This document shows, in pieces, positions 59,314 through 64,000 of a stretch of 64,000 nt of DNA. Source of the stretch: Tubiluchus corallicola (Eukaryota; Animalia; Priapulida); assembly GCA_030141605.1 (NCBI GenBank), contig JAQGDQ010000774.1, forward strand, positions 33,952 through 97,951, read 5' to 3'. Every line of letters begins with the position of its first letter. The stretch's first letter is position 1. The notes below the pieces were generated by a model, which was not told the DNA's origin, searched no databases, and saw only the letters and a program-made list of their open reading frames with translations. The position numbers and the translations under genes are program-made.

Positions 59314-59612
59314 TCTTCCTACCATTTCCACTAACACATCCTTCTATCCTTCCTGTGTGATCGAACCTTTCTCCCAGTTCTTTTTTTTGTTCACTCATCC
59401 ATTCTTTCTTTATCGGGTTCACATGACAGTGGGCTTATACAAGCCTTTGCTTCTCTAGCCCACTGCAGTACAATTATTCTTTTATGATAACCATAGTGTA
59501 TGAAACATAACAATTTAATATAGTAGATGTAATAATTTTGGTGCCACTGTGTGATTAATGTCGTTATATTGTACTAAATGTGATAATAATAATAAATAAA
59601 TAAATAAAAAAA
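59314..59612 (+). mobile_element. Retroposon 3' end, copy 2
   Basis: cagtgggcttatacaagcctttgcttctctagcccactg hairpin followed by an (AAT)/(AAAT)/polyA tail. Confidence 0.75.
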
Positions 59613-59858
59613 ATCCCGTGCGTTTAGTAACTCGAAAACGTTAAATTTTAATTGTTTCTATAAATTTTGGTCATTTTTAGTTCTGAGATCTTCCTGTATT
59701 TTTAACTCTGTAAAGCCGATCTGGGAAGCCATGTTAATGAATTATTATTATTATTAAATTCTGGAATGACAAAGATCGTGGTAAAGTCGTAACTGTTGTT
59801 TTCATTTAACCAAAGACGTAAACATTAACGTTTGTACAAAAAACGTTTTTCGCCTTAC

Positions 59859-60528
59859 CTCTAGAAACCAAAGACGCCTTTCGCAACAGCTCAGCTTTCA
59901 TTAATTGATTTTTTCCAAAAAAGGGCAGCATCGTTACGTATGCTTGCCGCATCTCCGCCCACACGTTAACAGTTTTGCTGATAATCTTATGAAAATTTCC
60001 ATCGATCATATCGTAAATGACACTCAACGTACGCCATTGGTAGTACTCACAGACCTTGCCGAAATAAAGCATGAAAGTGTTCATGTTAAAAGATACTCTA
60101 GTGAGAGTGAAATAGACGTTCTTCTGGCCCAGACGAGTGCTCGATCCAGCTGGTGTAATAAGAGGCAAGTTCCAGTCTGCAGCCATTAAACCAATCTGTT
60201 CCAACATTGGACTGCAGCCGGGTCCTAGAAACATGTGTACGCTTTCCGTGGCACAGATTTCGGCAGTTATGGAGGCCACGTGTTGAGCCGTGCATAACAT
60301 GTGCGATCGAGAATCCACGAACACGTGCTTTATAGTAGCGAGATTGGCAAGATATCGACTGGCCTTTTCTACGCCTATGTCTATTCCGGAACCTGTGCGT
60401 TGTAGTGAGAATGGCATAATCGAACCTTGCACCATTATACTGATTATAGTTATGTTTTTGTTAGGCAAAACTTCGCTTCGAACATAAGCAAACGTAAAAG
60501 CAAGCAGCAGCGTGCTTCTGACATCCAT
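59859..60528 (-). CDS. NPR1-like: NPR-like receptor, variable first coding exon V3 (signal peptide + N-terminal ANF-receptor ligand-binding region)
   Basis: ATG at 60528; signal peptide MDVRSTLLLAFTFAYVRS; family motifs GIDIGVEK, FLGPGCS, ADWNLPLITPAG, FTLTRV. Ends GTT TCT AGA G|GTAAGG. 670 nt = 223 codons + 1 (phase 1), in frame with the exon starting at 29218. Confidence 0.9.
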
Positions 60529-60762
60529 GATCTTAGCTTACGGACAACGCAATGAGATTCGGTCATCGTCTGTGCTGCTGCGTAAGTAATTATACACACG
60601 GACTGCAATTATTACGAGTAGGTGTCTTATTGTATTTACGTGCAATCAACAAAGCGTCGCATTGGCTTTATTACTTCACATAGTTTTGTTGCCGCCATTT
60701 TTGACAATGCTTATTAACGTTGCCGAGCGGATCTAAGTGACGGCAGATTTGCATTGTGAACT

Positions 60763-63700
60763 TATATATATATATATATAATAATCTTTATTTGCCATTA
60801 AAAACATTGATAATCACTGATAAAAACTTTATAGAGATAATCAATCAGTGTTAGTTAATAAAAACTTACACTGCTGAAGGCAAATGCGTCAGTGCAATCT
60901 AAACTACTGTGCAGTAATGATGAATAAAATCAAACATATTTACAACTATACACAAAAAAATATAAAAAAAAAAAAAACTATGATTTAATTAATATGGCCG
61001 TGGGTATATGAATTCGGAATTAGTGTGTATGTTGTCGTACTGGTGTGATGGTATTTCATATCTGGTTAATATTAGTGATTTTAATTTTGTTTTAAACGCT
61101 GATAGGGACTTGATTTGTTTAACCTGTAATGGTAGAGAATTCCAAAGTAAAATTGCTTGTTTGATTACAGAGTTCGTTCCATAGTGGGTATTTGTCCCAA
61201 TTTGTTTTAGATTGCTTGTTCTGGAATTAACGATAGGATTTGGAAAAAAGGTAAATCTGTTATTCTGGAATGGTTTGCTGATGTTGTTAATGTATTTAAA
61301 TATAAAAAGCAGAGTAAAATATTCTTTGTGTGCTTCAATGATTTGGAATTTTAAAGTTTTTCTCAGGTTAGTTGTTGAAGCTTTGAATTTTTGTCTACCT
61401 GCCTTGTGTTTGTATGAGTACCCAGCTATCAATCTCAACGCATAGTTTTGAAGGAGATTTAATTTTAAGTAATTTTCTCTTTTGGTTTTTTGAAGTAGCG
61501 TACATCCATATAAGAAGTGTGGTAGAACTAAAGTTTTATATATTAGTGTTTTAGTTTCCTGTGTTAGTTGCCCTTTAACTTGTCGGAGATATGATGTGCT
61601 AGATGCCATTTTTGTGTATATGTTATTAAAGTGATCATCCCATGAAAGATTATTGTCTACTTGTATGCCCAGGAATTTAACATTGTTAGTTTGTTTGATT
61701 ACAGCATTATCTATTGTCAAAGTGGTTGATGATGCATCATTAGTATTTAATGAGGGTGACAGTATCATGAATTCTGTTTTGTCATTATTCATTTTTAGCT
61801 TGTAATGACTAAATGCCATATTTATATTTTTTATATCTTCTTCTAAATAATTTTTTGCAGTTTGGACATTTTCATGGTCTATGTAGATTGTAGTGTCATC
61901 AGCGTATTGCGTTATTTGTGAGTGTTTTAATACACTGGATATGTTGTTTATATATAGGCAAAATAATAACGGACCTAGTAGTGGTCCTTGCGGTATACCT
62001 CTGTTTAACGTGGCCCAGTCAGAAAAGTTGGTTGTATCTAACTTTACTCGTTGTTGTCTATCTTTGAGATAATTTTGTATCAGTTTTAACGATATCGAAT
62101 CTAATCCGATTTGTTTTAAATTATCGTAAAGTAGTTCGTGATTAATGCTATCGAAAGCTTTACTTAAATCCAAAAATGCTGCTAAAATGTATTGCTTGTT
62201 GTCTAAACTATGTCTCCAATTTTCTGTTGTGTGTATTAAGGCGTCAATGGTTGAATGGTGTTTACGGAAGCCAAACTGATGTTTTGATAAAAGTTCATGT
62301 TTATTTACATATGAATTTATCTGATCATAAATTACCCTTTCCCAAACTTTGCCGAAACAATGGATTACGGAAATTGGGCGATAATTCATGGGATCACATT
62401 TTGGATCTTTTTTATGGATTGGAGTCACGTTTGCCATTTTACATACCGTTGGAAATTCGCCACTCATAATTATCTGATTAGCAATGTAAGTCATATGCGG
62501 GGCTATTACAGATGCACTATCTTTTAGAATTTTGATAGGAATATCTGATGGTCCACTCCCTTTGTTGGAACTTAGGTTATTTAATATGTCGTTAATTTCT
62601 CCTACTGTGACGCTTTTGAATGAGAATACTGTGTTAGACGATTTGTTTTTTAATTTATTAATTATATTATTGCTAATACGAGAAGCCACTCCCTTAAAAT
62701 TTCCAAGATTCAGGAATATTGCATTTAGCGCGTTGGCAATATCTTTGGGTTTTGTAATAACAGTGTTGTTGATCTTAATTTCATCAACACGCGTTAGTTT
62801 GTTACGGCATTTATTTATTACATTGTTAATCATTTTCCATTTTTCTTTGGTATTTGTTGCGTTTTTACATTGTTGTTGTATATGTTTATTTTTCAAGCAT
62901 TTATTAAGATTATTAAATTGATTTCTCTTTTTTTTATAATTGTTATGATTGTTTTTAGTTTTGTTCTTTTCCCATATATTATACATTCTGTTTTTCGCTA
63001 TTCTTAGTTTGTCAAGTTCAGGTGTTGTCCAGGTACTTTCGTTATTGAGTTTGCTTTGTTGTGGGATTTGCTTTACGTTTTTATATGGTGCATGTACATT
63101 AAGGCAATATTCGACATTATATGTCAGAATATTAACTTGTGTATCTATTTTATCAGTCATATATATGGAGGTCCAGTTCATTTTTGCTAAGTCGATTAAG
63201 TATGAATGTTTGTTGTATTGGGCGTAGCCTCTCATTAAATGCCAGACTGAATTTTGGTTATTATTATGCTGTGGGGTCATTTTATCTACTAATATTGTGA
63301 AATGATGATCTGAATAATCACACGGGAAAGTATCATATGCTACGAAATTATTGTTACTATTCGAAATGAAATGGTCGATTACTGTGGCTGATGTTTTAGA
63401 AATTCGAGTAGGTTTATTGTTGTTAAGTATGTGGACATTATATTGTTTTAAAAGCTCTGTGTATGTTTTGTATGCCAGTGTGTTTGTAGCTAAAATATCA
63501 AGGTTGAAATCGCCCATTATAAGAACTTTTTTATTTTCGAAAACACTGCGTTCTAGTTCTTCACTAAAATATTTGAAAAATGTTTTGTGTTTGAGATTGG
63601 GTGGTCTATATATGGTTCCTATTACATAGTTCTCAATGCTGCACCAAACAGATTCAATCTTGCCGGTTCTGATGCCTTTCAGTTCTTGTGGTCTCAGGTG

Positions 63701-64000
63701 TGAAGGTATATACATCGCAACCCCTCCACCTTTCTTATTTTTACATCTATCTCTTCTTATTAATGTGTGATTAGGTAATTCTATAGTGTTGCTAAGTATT
63801 TGTTTATGTAGCCAAGTTTCTGTTGTGCCTACAATCAGATTTTCGGTGGCGTGAATTGTATCTTTCAGCAGCCAGTGTTTTTTGACGAGACTTTGAATAT
63901 TTATATTTAGAAATTTGATGTTCTTTTTATAAGTAATCATGAATTTTTTTAGCTCATCACTGGTATTATTATTGTTGGTGTTATTATTATTATTATTTGG
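60763..64000 (-). mobile_element. Young LINE element; 5' end runs off the window
   Basis: Intact ORF2, then a 3'UTR containing TGCACTGACGCATTTGCC, an AATAAA signal and a (TA)n tail ending near 60763. Confidence 0.9.
60989..63940 (-). CDS. LINE ORF2: AP endonuclease + reverse transcriptase (CR1/L2-group non-LTR retrotransposon), uninterrupted
   Basis: 983-aa open ORF; APE motifs NIQSL, TETW, GGGVAMY, IYRPP, GDFN, SDH; RT motifs NYRPIS, QFGFR, DLSKAFD, GIPQG, YADD, FLGI. Confidence 0.95.
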   Translation of the reverse strand: MITYKKNIKFLNINIQSLVKKHWLLKDTIHATENLIVGTTETWLHKQILSNTIELPNHTLIRRDRCKNKKGGGVAMYIPSHLRPQELKGIRTGKIESVWCSIENYVIGTIYRPPNLKHKTFFKYFSEELERSVFENKKVLIMGDFNLDILATNTLAYKTYTELLKQYNVHILNNNKPTRISKTSATVIDHFISNSNNNFVAYDTFPCDYSDHHFTILVDKMTPQHNNNQNSVWHLMRGYAQYNKHSYLIDLAKMNWTSIYMTDKIDTQVNILTYNVEYCLNVHAPYKNVKQIPQQSKLNNESTWTTPELDKLRIAKNRMYNIWEKNKTKNNHNNYKKKRNQFNNLNKCLKNKHIQQQCKNATNTKEKWKMINNVINKCRNKLTRVDEIKINNTVITKPKDIANALNAIFLNLGNFKGVASRISNNIINKLKNKSSNTVFSFKSVTVGEINDILNNLSSNKGSGPSDIPIKILKDSASVIAPHMTYIANQIIMSGEFPTVCKMANVTPIHKKDPKCDPMNYRPISVIHCFGKVWERVIYDQINSYVNKHELLSKHQFGFRKHHSTIDALIHTTENWRHSLDNKQYILAAFLDLSKAFDSINHELLYDNLKQIGLDSISLKLIQNYLKDRQQRVKLDTTNFSDWATLNRGIPQGPLLGPLLFCLYINNISSVLKHSQITQYADDTTIYIDHENVQTAKNYLEEDIKNINMAFSHYKLKMNNDKTEFMILSPSLNTNDASSTTLTIDNAVIKQTNNVKFLGIQVDNNLSWDDHFNNIYTKMASSTSYLRQVKGQLTQETKTLIYKTLVLPHFLYGCTLLQKTKRENYLKLNLLQNYALRLIAGYSYKHKAGRQKFKASTTNLRKTLKFQIIEAHKEYFTLLFIFKYINNISKPFQNNRFTFFPNPIVNSRTSNLKQIGTNTHYGTNSVIKQAILLWNSLPLQVKQIKSLSAFKTKLKSLILTRYEIPSHQYDNIHTNSEFIYPRPY

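Overview
AT-rich, repeat-dense eukaryotic genomic DNA, probably from an invertebrate (lophotrochozoan-like); this is inferred from repeat types and gene families. The main gene is a minus-strand natriuretic-peptide-receptor-like (NPR/receptor guanylyl cyclase family) gene with an unusual layout. Three paralogous, intact, large 5' exons (59859-60528, 51150-51846, 34386-35040) each encode a signal peptide plus the N-terminal part of the ANF-receptor ligand-binding domain, and each ends at the same Ser-Arg-G|GT phase-1 donor. They are followed by only one set of seven downstream exons (29218 to 16481: rest of the ectodomain, transmembrane helix, juxtamembrane region). I checked all splice phases by hand and they join in frame. 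This looks like a protocadherin/UGT1/sDscam-style variable-first-exon plus constant-region receptor locus. I found no kinase-homology or cyclase exons in the window. Also present: an orphan C-type lectin terminal exon (EPN/WND), one LINE with an intact ORF2, many decayed LINEs including a probable CRE-type relic, a hAT MITE, foldback elements, and many mini- and microsatellites. Most long ORFs in the supplied track are repeat artefacts.
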